From Mytilus californianus (lineage: Eukaryota), in NCBI RefSeq assembly GCF_021869535.1, contig NW_026262712.1, forward strand, positions 70,680,001 to 70,744,000: a stretch of DNA of 64,000 bases, written 5' to 3'. The stretch's first letter is position 1, and each line of letters opens with the position of its first letter. Positions 37,401 to 47,827 of the stretch are shown here, piece after piece. The notes beneath the pieces were generated by a model, which saw only the letters and a list, made by a program, of their open reading frames with translations, did not search any database and was not told the origin of the DNA. Both the position numbers and the translations under genes were made by a program.

Positions 37401-38983
37401 TTTTAACATCATTTTTTTAATACTTGAGATTTTCCAAAGATATTTTGCAGTAATATTCTACACATCAAGCCACATTATTTGAAATTACTTTATTCAATCA
37501 AATGATCAGTATGATTGATAAATATTGCTTTATATGCAGGGAACCATTTATTTGGACTTTGCCCAGCAGGAAACATATATTTTGACAGATATATTGTTTC
37601 CAGAAAATAGTTAACACTGAAATTACAAATTTATTTGTAATAAAAAATTATTTTTCACTTTTTTGGGGTTTTTTTCCCCCTTTTCTGTATAATTTATTTT
37701 TATTTTCAAAAATATATAACTTTTTTATAGAAAAAAATGTTTTCGTCTCTAGAGAGAAAAAAATAATGCCCAACAAAAGATAAATGCTCTGTACCTTTTA
37801 AAGTTAATCCCTTGACGAACAGGTGAAGTCGAATTAAGGTTATAATGTTACATAACAACAAATTGTCAGGTAATGCAAAGGAATCGTGTCAAACCAAAAG
37901 CCACCAGGTGACATTAATATCCTTGAATACACATGTATTTCCAGAGTTAAGATTTTGTTATATATACAAACGTTGTAAGTGCACCAATAAATATTTTCTC
38001 TTTCCCGTGTACACACCTGAAGAAATATATACCATAAAGAACTTTAAGAAAAATGAATATTATGAAAAATTCTTCGATAAGTTGATTTTTGCTTAAAAAA
38101 AAATAAAATATTAATGTTACACGATAATTGTTTTGAAACAAATACTCTCATTCAAATTTTATATTTGATAGTTTTTTTTATTATTTTATAGAAAACGAGA
38201 CTTCATTGCATATGATTTTTGTCATTAATTTTTTTCAATTCAATATAAGCAAAATCCAGTATGTTCCAAATATTTAATTACAATCCAAATTCAGACCTGT
38301 ATCAAGCGCGAATATTGTGTCCATTTTTGCCCAGGCATTTAAACCGATATTGAAATTTTAACTTGTGTACAAAAACTTGTGATTGCATACATTTCAACAT
38401 GGTATACCCGCTCATATTTATCGACAGAGTTATTAGTCCTGAATAGGACTGATATAGTTGGGTATGTTGTGGTTTTTTGTATCATGTGTAATGTTATAAT
38501 TTGTTAATGTGAAAATACTTGAGACCTTGGTAATGAGATTCAAAATCATTTATTTGCAGTTTGAATTTTGCAAAAATCAGTATTTAATTAGTTATTTATA
38601 CGGACTTTGTCCTCTTTCTTGTTCTGAATATGCATGAAATATTTGCCACTGGACGCTAAGCAAATATCAATCAATCAATCATCTTTAACAGGTAATAACT
38701 ACCTCATCTTGAAAAAAAGCTTTAAAATATCAATTCAGACAAAACAAAACAAATTCTCTATATTTAAATTACCCGCCCATGCTCCAAAACGTTTTTTGTA
38801 ATTGCTGATATACGAAAGTTTGCTCAGGAGATGGTCGTTTGTTGCTTTTATCAATCCTATGAGACATTGTAGCGTTCGTTTACAAGCATAAAATACACCA
38901 ATAAATGCTAAAATATCTCTGGTATTTGTACATGTTCTTTCTAACTCTTTAAGGAGAAAGTCAAAGCTGTCAACTACCGCCAT
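16331..38983 (-). CDS. HSDL1: Hydroxysteroid dehydrogenase-like protein 1 (SDR family, HSD17B12/HSD17B3-related), 9 coding exons, 1047 nt, 348 aa
   Basis: Exons 38983-38773, 31247-31125, 29990-29880, 28896-28838, 27229-27185, 24644-24610, 22875-22794, 18981-18754, 16483-16331; all GT-AG with consistent phases. N-terminus [10 protein letters not shown] resembles vertebrate HSDL1 (MAAVDSF); TGxxxGIG, NNVG, YAATK, LQYEY...[29 protein letters not shown]. Confidence 0.93.
17065..17620 (-). mobile_element. Degenerate hAT-type transposase C-terminal (dimerisation) fragment in the last HSDL1 intron
   Basis: Frameshifted translation [21 protein letters not shown], then [11 protein letters not shown]...[13 protein letters not shown], resembling the hAT dimerisation consensus (LxLPHSxAxxERxFS). 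Confidence 0.55.
18754..18981 (-). CDS. HSDL1: HSDL1 exon 8 ([14 protein letters not shown]...GYWPHTIQ)
   Basis: Lies within ORF 18658-18990; CAG/GT, phase 0/0. Confidence 0.95.
19140..19420 (-). repeat. Representative copy of a very abundant interspersed repeat (AAGAAGATGTGGTATGAGTGCCAATGAGACAACTCTCC end motif)
   Basis: Related copies near 4655-4930, 15010-15210, 17790-17960, 39800-39890, 44950-45030, 50340-50460, 54858-54995, 57710-57760. Confidence 0.7.
20719..21559 (+). mobile_element. HINE/Helentron-like (pearl-type) non-autonomous element carrying a tandem array of five units (four ~161 bp, one 127 bp)
   Basis: Units start near 20721, 20848, 21009, 21170, 21331, followed by a (GGAC/ACAC)-like microsatellite and the terminal stem-loop GTCCCCCGC...GCAGGGGAC plus an A-run. 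Confidence 0.7.
22794..22875 (-). CDS. HSDL1: HSDL1 exon 7 ([27 protein letters not shown])
   Basis: Catalytic Ser region and YxxxK motif; TAG/GT, phase 2/0. Confidence 0.93.
22965..24290 (+). mobile_element. HINE-like element, family B: 5' module plus six ~161-bp tandem units, GAC microsatellite and terminal palindrome
   Basis: 5' module GCTCCGCTGGGCGCAGCTTGATACGAC...; CCCCAAAATCAATCCC marker recurs near 23305, 23460, 23620, 23781, 23943, 24103; ends GACGACGTCGACAACGACGACG...ATACGACC. Confidence 0.7.
24610..24644 (-). CDS. HSDL1: HSDL1 exon 6 ([12 protein letters not shown])
   Basis: CAG acceptor, GTTAG donor, phase 0/2. Confidence 0.88.
24845..25930 (+). mobile_element. Second, more degraded copy of HINE-like family B
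   Basis: Same 5' module at 24845-25020 and ~161-bp units at 25470-25880. Inverted fragments of the 5' module also occur near 38255-38330 and 56520-56640. Confidence 0.65.
26080..27080. repeat. Degenerate tandem repeat (~120-140 bp units) interrupted by an unrelated insertion at ~26560-26870
   Basis: CTTGACATATGG...ATGTGTCTCTTATTGTAG...ATGTTGACATCAAG recurs near 26089, 26230, 26359, 26481, 26891, 27035. Confidence 0.7.
27185..27229 (-). CDS. HSDL1: HSDL1 exon 5 ([15 protein letters not shown])
   Basis: Matches the KLWDIINVNIAAA region of HSDL1; CAG/GT, phase 0/0. Confidence 0.9.
28838..28896 (-). CDS. HSDL1: HSDL1 exon 4 ([20 protein letters not shown])
   Basis: NNVG motif; CAG acceptor, GTATG donor. 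Confidence 0.92.
29518..29676. mobile_element. MITE with GGCGGATCC terminal inverted repeats
   Basis: CATAGGCGGATCCA...TGGATCCGCCACTG flanked by CAATC on both sides. An inverted sister copy lies at 40986-41194. Confidence 0.7.
29880..29990 (-). CDS. HSDL1: HSDL1 exon 3 ([15 protein letters not shown]...KEIGIL)
   Basis: TAG acceptor, GTATG donor, phase 1/1. Confidence 0.92.
31125..31247 (-). CDS. HSDL1: HSDL1 exon 2 ([21 protein letters not shown]...KDI)
   Basis: Rossmann TGxxxGIG motif; CAG acceptor, GTAT donor. Confidence 0.93.
34063..37474. mobile_element. Foldback-like giant inverted repeat: arms ~34063-35613 and ~35904-37474, spacer ~290 bp
   Basis: Arms are reverse complements along their whole length (e.g. 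34063 TGTGGCTTGTTGTGTAGAATATTACTGC vs 37445-37474); the internal motif TGTCAGGAGTGCAAC is mirrored; mirror-image ORFs appear in the track (35043-35477 vs 36174-36488). Confidence 0.9.
38773..38983 (-). CDS. HSDL1: HSDL1 exon 1 (MAVVDSF...RFGAWA)
   Basis: ATG at 38983, donor GTAAT at 38772, phase 1. Confidence 0.9.
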
Positions 38984-40124
38984 TTCCCGACCTTACTTTC
39001 CGGTAATGTACTATACCATCACTTTTCTACCCTCCAATAAAAGAGTATAGTCATAATACCGAAAACGAAAGCGAACAAAAAGGAACTGTAACATGTGATG
39101 AGTTCCCTGATATTACTATTACAGACATTACATGTTATCAATACGATATTACAATAGCAGTAATTTAAGTATTTGTCCCTGTATCCTTTTTTCTTATACA
39201 TATTGATATATGCCGACTTTAAACAAATTTAGTTAGTTACTTACTTACTTATTTTCGTGGAAAACAAGAATAGAGGCCGGAACAAACAATGACAACAATG
39301 TAAATGACTCTCGAGAAATGACTCAGTTTAACATTGCATGATTAAGAGTAAGAGCACATTAATTATCAAAGAGAAAATAAGTGTAATCGTTAACAAAAAA
39401 TGTTAAAATTCAAACACAATAATAATAAATGGGAAAAGAACAAAACGGGGCTGAGCTAGTAATTAGATGTAAACTGCATTTGGCTCTTCTGTTTATCCGT
39501 CCATATGATACTGAACATACATTATCTCTTATATCTCTCCTTGCTCTTGAAAAATAGAGGGGTCGGTATTTTCCGACCCAAATAGATCACCCGCAAACAT
39601 GATATTTTATCATGTACTATAGTAATTAAGTACGACTTTTTATCACAGCTGCACTTGTCTCAGAATTTTTTCTTCTTCTATATACCTAAATATATAAAAA
39701 AAAATTCTGAGACAAGTGCCTGTGTTGAATTAGCACCAATGAAAAAGCTTGAAAACGGCTCGGTATCAACCTGATGCAAAATCACAAGGAAATATAAAAA
39801 TAAGAAGATGTGGTATGATTGCCAATGAGACAACTCTCCACCAGAGACCAAGTGACGTAGAAGTTATTTAACAACTACAGATCACCTTATGTCATAGGCA
39901 AACCTCATTTCACAGGTAGTTGGTACATGCCACCAGATGCATGTACCAGCTAATTAGATAAATGTACTGAAAGAAAAATTAGACTAGATAAAAGCACAGG
40001 GTTGATATAATTGTAATCATCAAAACTATTTTCTGGGAGATTTCCAAAGATACTAATTCAATTCTTTTAATACTTTAAGTAAATATTGCTCATCAGCACA
40101 ATGACATTAAATGTTTTAAACATG

Positions 40125-40295
40125 TAATAAATATATGCAAATACAATAACTGATATTAAATAAATATATGCAAATACAATAACTGATATTAAATAAATAT
40201 ATGCAAATACAATAACTGATATTAAATAAATATATGCAAATACAATAACTTATAAATTTATATATGCAAATACAATAACTGATAAATAAATACAT
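40125..40295. repeat. 33-bp AT-rich minisatellite, ~5 copies
   Basis: ATGCAAATACAATAACTGATATTAAATAAATAT at 40135, 40168, 40201, 40234, and a shorter copy at 40264. Confidence 0.9.
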
Positions 40296-40985
40296 ATATA
40301 TAATGCATATATAACATGTAAAATGATAAATGAATGCATCCGAGAAGAATAATGACCTATATTAAGTATTGGATACTATAAAAAGTCTGTTCTACGTTTG
40401 AAAACACAGAAAAGAAATTTACAAAGGTTATGGTCAGATCATATGTTTTCGTACTATACATGCTTTTCCAAAGGAAATTGTGAGGTCAAAATGAATTCTG
40501 TCAATTCTGATCAATAGCACGAAAATCCATGAGACGAGGATACATACAATGTCATATGTCTTTTACATTTTCTGAGCTCAACAACTGTACATGTTTAAAT
40601 GCATGACGATGGACGCCTATAATAATATGGCTAACTAAGAATTGCAAGACTAAGAACACACAGCTGCTGATAGCGAGGATCAGTCATTGATAGACATACT
40701 AAATCTAGACCGAAGAGAACTTTTTTATTTACATGTACACAAAGGGAGATTATAACCATGCAGATGAAAGAAGACACAACACATTTTTCTACATATTATT
40801 TCTTAAATTGACACACAATCGACCAGAGCAGGAAATTTGAAATTGATAAAACAAAATACTAATGCATTATGTAAATAAATCAATAGCCTGAAAATAGACA
40901 AACAATGGATACCACCTCATCAGATAAAACATGAAAATAGCCAAAACCGACAGCGAGGATGCTTTAGCTTTAAACCAACAGTTTC

Positions 40986-41194
40986 CAGTGGCGGATCCAG
41001 AACTTTTTATAAGGGGGAGGGGGCCCTGACTGACCTAAAAGGGGGGGGGGCTCTAGTCATGCTTCAGTGATTCCCTATATAATCAACCAAATTTTTCCCA
41101 CAAAAGGGGGGCAAGGGTACCCAAGCAACTCCCCCCCCCCCCCCCCCCCCCCCCACCCACCCACCCACCCACCCACCCGGATCCGCCTATAATG
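40986..41194. mobile_element. MITE, GGCGGATCC-TIR family (inverted sister of 29518-29676), with poly-C/(CCCA)n expansion
   Basis: CAGTGGCGGATCCAG...GGATCCGCCTATAATG flanked by GTTTC on both sides; internal sequence is the reverse complement of the 29.5-kb copy. Confidence 0.7.
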
Positions 41195-41639
41195 GTTTCC
41201 ACGAGTTTTCACAGAAACAAAGTTTGCCTAGTAGTAGACCAATAGCACGAATTGCTAACAAAGTAAGGAACTTCAATATACTAGTAACCTACATAGGAGA
41301 AAAGATGATAAAGAATATATAGCCACCAATATTGACCAAAGCAATAAGACCTAACTGCATTAGTTTAAACATATTTTATTGTTCAAAAATGACAAATGGA
41401 TTAGACACAAGTTTTTCAACTTAGTAACGTCTTCTCCAAAAACTGCATTCATCCCCGTGTATTGACTTTAATATCAACAGAGCAACTGTAAACATCTTAG
41501 CTAAATTCCTTCAACAATCGAAGAATGGAAACGTCAGGTAAATATCTGACTTCTATTAAATAATAACGAAAAGTACATATATCAAGTAATCATCGACCAG
41601 TATCAGTATCCTGTATAACATGTAAATTAATAGTCTAAG

Positions 41640-43345
41640 AACACATCATTTGTTCAAACCTTGTGCAACACTTTGAAGACCAAAACATAATCAACAACAG
41701 ACAGCACTATGGCAAGCCGTTTTAATCTTTATTCTAACTTCATATATCTTATATAATCCAGTTTTTATAAACTGGTCAAACTACAAGCATTTCCAAAAAG
41801 AATGCAAAAGACAAGTCCGAAAGGCTGAATGGGAATACATCAACAACACCATAATGGAAAGACTGGAAAACGCTATCCTGGAATACAACAATCCAAAGCC
41901 TTTTTGGAAATACATAAAATCGAGAAAACAAGACAACATAGGAGTATCACCGTTGAAAAGCAATGGCCATTTAGTGAATGGCAGTAAAGGGAAGGCAGAA
42001 CTACTGATACAACATTCAAATCAGTATTCACAAGAGACAACGACAAACACTGCCTAAAACATCAAAACACATAAAGAACTCAATCCCAATCCTCGAAATA
42101 AAACATAAAGGTGTCGAAAAACTGCTCAGACAACTTAATCCATTAAAAGCATCAGGACCAGACGGTATACCAAACAGAATCCTCAAGGAAGGCTCTAAAC
42201 AACTAGCACAGAAAATTACAGACCGGTATCACTAACATCTGTGCCGTGTAAAATACTAGAACACATCATCTGTAAGCACATGCTAAACCACCTAGACAAG
42301 CACAGCTAGGGTACTAACATTACTTAACCATGGATTCAGATCCGGGTACTCGTGTGAAACACAGCTACTAGTCACACTGCACGACTTCATGAAATCACAC
42401 GATGCTGGTAACCAAGTTGATGTTGCTATCCGGCCTGGACTTTTCAAAAGTATTTGACACCGTGCCACATAACAAATTATTACACAAACCTGATGAATAT
42501 GGTGTGAGAGGACCACTGAATAAATGGCTCGAAATGTTTCTCACTCAGAGAAATATGAAGGTTGTCATTGGTGGAGAGGAATCTGAAGAAGCTACAGTGG
42601 ACTCAGGAACCGTACTCGGACCCCTTCTTTTCCTCTGTCATATCAACGACCTACCAGATGCAGTAAAATCAACCGTTAGACTTTTTGCTGATGATTGTCT
42701 GCTATTCAGAAATATAAAAACACAACATGACCACACTCTATTACAACAAGATCTGGTGAGCCTAGAAAAATGGGCCAAAGACTGGGGTATGCGCTTTAAC
42801 GCAAAGAAATGTTACATCCTGAGCATTAAGAACAAAAGCCAGAAATGCTATGCCCTCGATGGACACATACTCCAACAAGTCCAACACAATCCATACTTGG
42901 GGATACCGATATATATCAGAAGATCTAAAATGGACCACCCACGTTTCAAATGTAGCCAAGAAAGCAAATTCGACACTAGGCTTTCTAAGACGCAACCGAA
43001 GATTCTGCCCAAAAGACTGCAAGAAAACAGCATACATCTCATTGGTAAGATCTACGATGGAATATGGGGCAATTGTATGGGACCCATATACAACAAACAA
43101 CATCAACCAATTAGAAAGGATCCAGCGAAGAGCAGCGCGATTCATCACAGGGGATTACAAATCTAGAGAAGAAGGATTGGTCACCAAAATGCTTACCGTA
43201 CTGGAACTAGAAAACCTGCAGTCTAGAAGAACAGGCCAAAGACTGGTATTTCTGTACAAAGTGGTTGAGGGTTTGGTCCCAGCTATCAAACCTGACATTT
43301 TTTGGTAAAGAGCAAAACCAAAAGGCTTATCAAACCGAAATGTTT
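41640..43345 (+). mobile_element. Decayed non-LTR retrotransposon ORF2/RT fragment (CR1/L2-type group)
   Basis: Frameshifted motifs KASGPDGIP, YRPVSLTSVPCKILEHII, HGFRSGYSCETQL, LDFSKVFDTVPH, GTVLGPLLFL.HINDLP, LFADDCLL, LVRSTMEYGAIVWDPY, LERIQRRAARF. Confidence 0.88.
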
Positions 43346-43644
43346 TGAATCATTATTTTTTTCTATATAGATTATCAACTATATCTTTTATTACCATATA
43401 GCATATAAGTCGGGTTAAGCGATCTGTGTAACTAAAGTTCTTTATTGCCAAGTTTTAGATATCTTAAATGATCCGTATGGAGGTGTTCTTAATTGCAGGA
43501 AGCTAATACAGATAAGAAATATAAATGTTCCGAATGAACAATAATTAGGGTTCTGAATATTCCTCCATAGAATATATTTCTAACTAATTAATATGTAACC
43601 ATAGATGTATATGGGTTTATACATCTATGGTGTAACACACGACT

Positions 43645-43990
43645 TGGGAACTTCCATCGACATCAGGAAACAGATTGACATCTTTATACTTGATTCTAAA
43701 AAGGTTAATTATTACGGTACCTCGCAAACTTTTAAAATGTAAGCTTGGTGGATATGGAGTACAAACAAACATATCAAAGTGGATACACACATTCTTAACA
43801 CAATGTGTGGTAGTAAATATTTGCAATTCAAGAACAACACCAGTGTTTTAATGAGTCCCGCAAGGTATACCGTCTTGGGACCCATATTAATTATTAATTT
43901 ACATCTCAGTCTGTAAATATTTCATCTGATATCAGACTATTAGCAGATGACTGTGTTACTTTGCTTCAGGGAAATCAATACCATCAAGTA
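43645..43990 (+). mobile_element. Second short, highly degenerate RT fragment
   Basis: QIDIFILDSKK, KLGGYGV...KWIHTFL, GVPQG-like, VLGPIL and RLLADDCV remnants. Confidence 0.6.
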
Positions 43991-44319
43991 TTGAAAACAA
44001 GTTGCTTTCTTTATGAAAAGAAAATTCACTTTCCGTGAGTGAAATAAATGCATGCATGTGTTTTTTTGTGTGCAAGAAATAGTATATGGAAAGCATGCGA
44101 ACTCATAATCACGCATATTTATTCTAGGCTCAAATATAATGCAAGTTGAATTCTGATGTCAAACTAACTACCTCAAGTCGTTTGCCATTGTCATTTAATC
44201 CTGAATTTGTGTAAACGAAACCGATATTGTTGTCAAATAGGATTTACAAAATCGCACCATATTGCAAAGATTTAGGTGCTATAAGGTTGAACTATTAAAA
44301 CAAAAACAAAATGGCTTCG

Positions 44320-44850
44320 CCGCGGTTGACAATGTTTTCTCGGGGTAACAATCTGCTCTATCACCCTCTCAGTTATGTGTTATTTATATACTATCACATG
44401 GCTGAGCGGGTGACAATTTTTTTGAATGTCACCTTCTCGTCCAGACCAATCAAAAATCAATAATTTAAAGGACAATGAATTGAATTTACATCAAGTTATT
44501 AAAGGCAATGCTTAAGATCTACGTTTTGGCTCAGATTCTTTTATTTGACTGTCAAAATAAAAAAAATAAAACATCTTGCTTCACTTCTGTTGATTTTTCT
44601 AATACCCGTAACGTTGTTATGTACGTGACGTCATAGAAAATACTTTTAAAATAAAATTAATCTGTAAAAGACAATAATTATAGAACATTCAGTATAATAA
44701 ATTAAATAACACATAGCTGAGAGGGTGATAGAGCAGATTGGTACCCCTCGAAAAACCATTGTCAACCTTGGCTTCGCCGCGGATGACAATGTTTTCTCGG
44801 GGTAACAATCTGCTCTATCACCCTCTCAGCTATGTGTTATTTATATAATA
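44320..44850. mobile_element. Non-autonomous element with a ~65-bp-arm terminal hairpin and a direct copy of one arm at the other end (family unassigned)
   Basis: Hairpin ~44704-44843 centred on GGCTTCGCC; the right arm is repeated directly at ~44322-44390. Confidence 0.6.
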
Positions 44851-45861
44851 GTATGAGATACATTGTTAACGATAAAAATAACTCATAAGATGCTGAGATC
44901 AATGATCAGACTATAAAATCGGTATAAATGTACTATATATATGATAGTTGTTAATTTCTGTGTCATTTGGGCTCTTGTGGAGAGTTGTCTCATTGGCAAT
45001 CATACCACATTTTCTTATTTTTATATGTTTTCTGTTAATCTAATTAAAATACAGGTCATGTGATGATGTGTGATTAACAGCATGTACAAGCAAAGCGTGG
45101 ACACAGCATCTATATTTAATCAGATTGCTTTTCTGTTGTCTATTTAATACGTCATCGCCGTTATCAATTTGGTGTACGTTGAAAATGGAACCGACACGAT
45201 GGTGTTTAAAAATGGTTTTATCTCATTGTGCTGCAATGATCACCTTTATACTTTGATTATAGTTCAGGTAAATGGAAGTTTCTGGAAGTACACTTGTTAT
45301 GATTCATTGTGAATTTTAATTCATAAGTACTAACAAAAAGATCGTGTGACCTACATTTTATGATTCAATAATGGTTAAACTATATAAAACTACAGGCTAT
45401 ATTAAAGTTTAATATCAAGTCTGAATCAGTTAAAATGGGAATAATTTCAACTAATAACACGAAATGTGCGTCAACTTTCAGAAATAATGCAGGCTTCTTA
45501 TATAGATTCAGATTCTTTATTTCTTATAAAACCAAGTTAATTTAATGGTACAAAGAAAGACATTTTTACATATAATTGCATACAGATTCTGCGCATGACA
45601 AGTTTGTACAAAACGAGCATAAAAAGATGAGTGATCGATGATCAACCTGGAGAACATACTTCTATATTGATAATTCTGATTAATTTACACAAATTTTTCA
45701 ATACCCGAATATTTGTTGAAACAAATAAACTGCCGAATTTCAAAACATTTACTCGACTTACATAGTAAGGTTTAAGAAAAGCTCTTATAGAAAGTGTTTG
45801 GTTGGCACTCGGTCTGATAAAGAGATAAGGCCGATTTTCCATGTAATTGTTTGCAGGCTAT

Positions 45862-46040
45862 TTCTTTCACTCACAGGGTGGAAATCTGAAGTATTTGTTT
45901 CACTCACAGGGTGGAAATCTGAGGTATTTGTTTCACTCACAGGGTGGAAATCTGAAGTATTTGCTTCACTCACAGGGTGGAAATCTGAAGTATTTGTTTC
46001 ACTCACAGGGTGGAAATCTAAGTATTTGTTTCACTCACAG
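45862..46040. repeat. 33-bp minisatellite, ~5.5 copies
   Basis: CACTCACAGGGTGGAAATCTGAAGTATTTGTTT at 45868, 45901, 45934, 45967, 46000, and a partial copy at 46032. Confidence 0.92.
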
Positions 46041-47827
46041 CTAGGAAATCTAAAATTCTTCTAGAAACAGAATATTGAACTTTATATCATATACATGTAC
46101 TTTAACTATTTGGCAACGATTTTATAAATTTGCATTATAAACCAAAACTCTATTCAGCAGTACATGTTGCTGATGTAGGCATTTTGATACAAATTGCAAA
46201 TTTTAAAATTACATGTTTTATTCAAATGATGCACCCTATGACATCACTAACTAAAATTAATTAATGTGTATCCCAAAAACAAGACATAGCTTTACTACCG
46301 ACAGGAATTTGGATTGAGTCAACGAAATCCTGCCTATATACTTTTTGGATAAATATTCTAATTTTTTTTTTAAATCTGTCAAAATTTCGGTTTTGAACAA
46401 TTATCTGGCGGTAATAATTAGGTGTTCTGATTTGTTTATAATGTGCCATTATATTATTAAAACCTTAAAGTAGACACAGTCAGTTGTGATGAGTGTGAAT
46501 TTAAGTAAAGATTGGGGCACGTTTTGAAAGTTGCCCTGGTGTGAAACAAATCCACGGGAAAATAAGTCCTCTGTTTTCATATAGTATGACCCCAAGGGTT
46601 GACTGGGGAAAAACAATAAAGTCATATCTGGATATCTTGCTAAAGTGGGGTACCGGTGTCCGTTTGGCTGTGCAGAATGTAAAAATAAGCAACCACGTCC
46701 AGTCGGAATGGGGACTTATCATTTTTTTTATACGATGTCTTCAGTAGGATGAGTGCGATCTCTGCACGTTAGTTAACTAATCTTCACAACATTTTTCTAA
46801 TGTGTCCGGGCCTGTTGCATGCAACATATCCGCTTCTTTTAAATATCCTATCATTTTCAAGGTGCTACAAGTGCCAAAGTTGTCCAACCCTTATCCCGAT
46901 CAACCTTTTTGAATATGCATGACATATTTGCCACTGGACGTTCAGCTATCACTCAATCGTGTAGCCTGCTACTATCTAGATTAGTGGAATAACAAATGGC
47001 TCAAAGAAAATCACACAAACAAAACCTGATTTCGAGAAAGCTCATAACCCAATAATATCAGTATTACGATAAACAACACTGTAAACACAGTTAAATGTAA
47101 AACTACACATGTTGTATGTAATAACATCCTCATGAATACAAATACGAATGTAGAAATAATTTTCTACAAAACAGGGGTTGGATGACAAACGGCTGCATCA
47201 AAAGGTGAAGATATAGGAATTTGCTTGAAGGAAATCTGCAATAGTTTTATGATGTAGACCCATTTTGACTATTCTTTTTTTTACATAATAAGCAGCCAGT
47301 TTAATTGTAACTTTTACTTAGTAAAGTAGATTTGTATGTTTCGGAGTTTAGTGTGGCGTTAATTTCGATGAAATTGTTTACATTATTGTAAAGTGCCCAG
47401 CTGAAACCCGCCTCCGGGTGCGGGATTTTCTCGCTGCGTTGAAGACCCATTGGTTGCCTTTGGATGTGTTCTGCTCCTAGGTCTAGTCGTTGTCTCTTTG
47501 ACACATTCCCCGTTCCCATTCTATATTCTATTACGCGTCATAACGTTTTTCTCAGGGTGATGTGTACTGTAAATGTCTAGTGATGAGTTTTCCATATATG
47601 ACCCTAGCAGAGATATACCTGGTAAAACATATTCACGAAAAGATCCATAAACTATATTTATTTGTATATGTATTATTTAGTTTTGCAATTTTCAGTAAAG
47701 CAGACTTTTACAAGTATAATTATAATCTAGTTAAATTAAAAAGAAAATTTACATGATACTCTTAATTGTTCCAATGCATATGAAACTTCACTGTTTGAAT
47801 GTTGTCAATACATGCATAAACAAATCT

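Noticed and set aside
41130-41178. Poly-C/(CCCA)n tract as a telomeric or functional G-quadruplex element
   Set aside because: It is not TTAGGG and is simply an expanded tract within a MITE.
45785-46064. Repetitive ORFs such as (SETNTSDFHPV)n
   Set aside because: Translations of a 33-bp minisatellite that is open in several frames; no splice or domain support.
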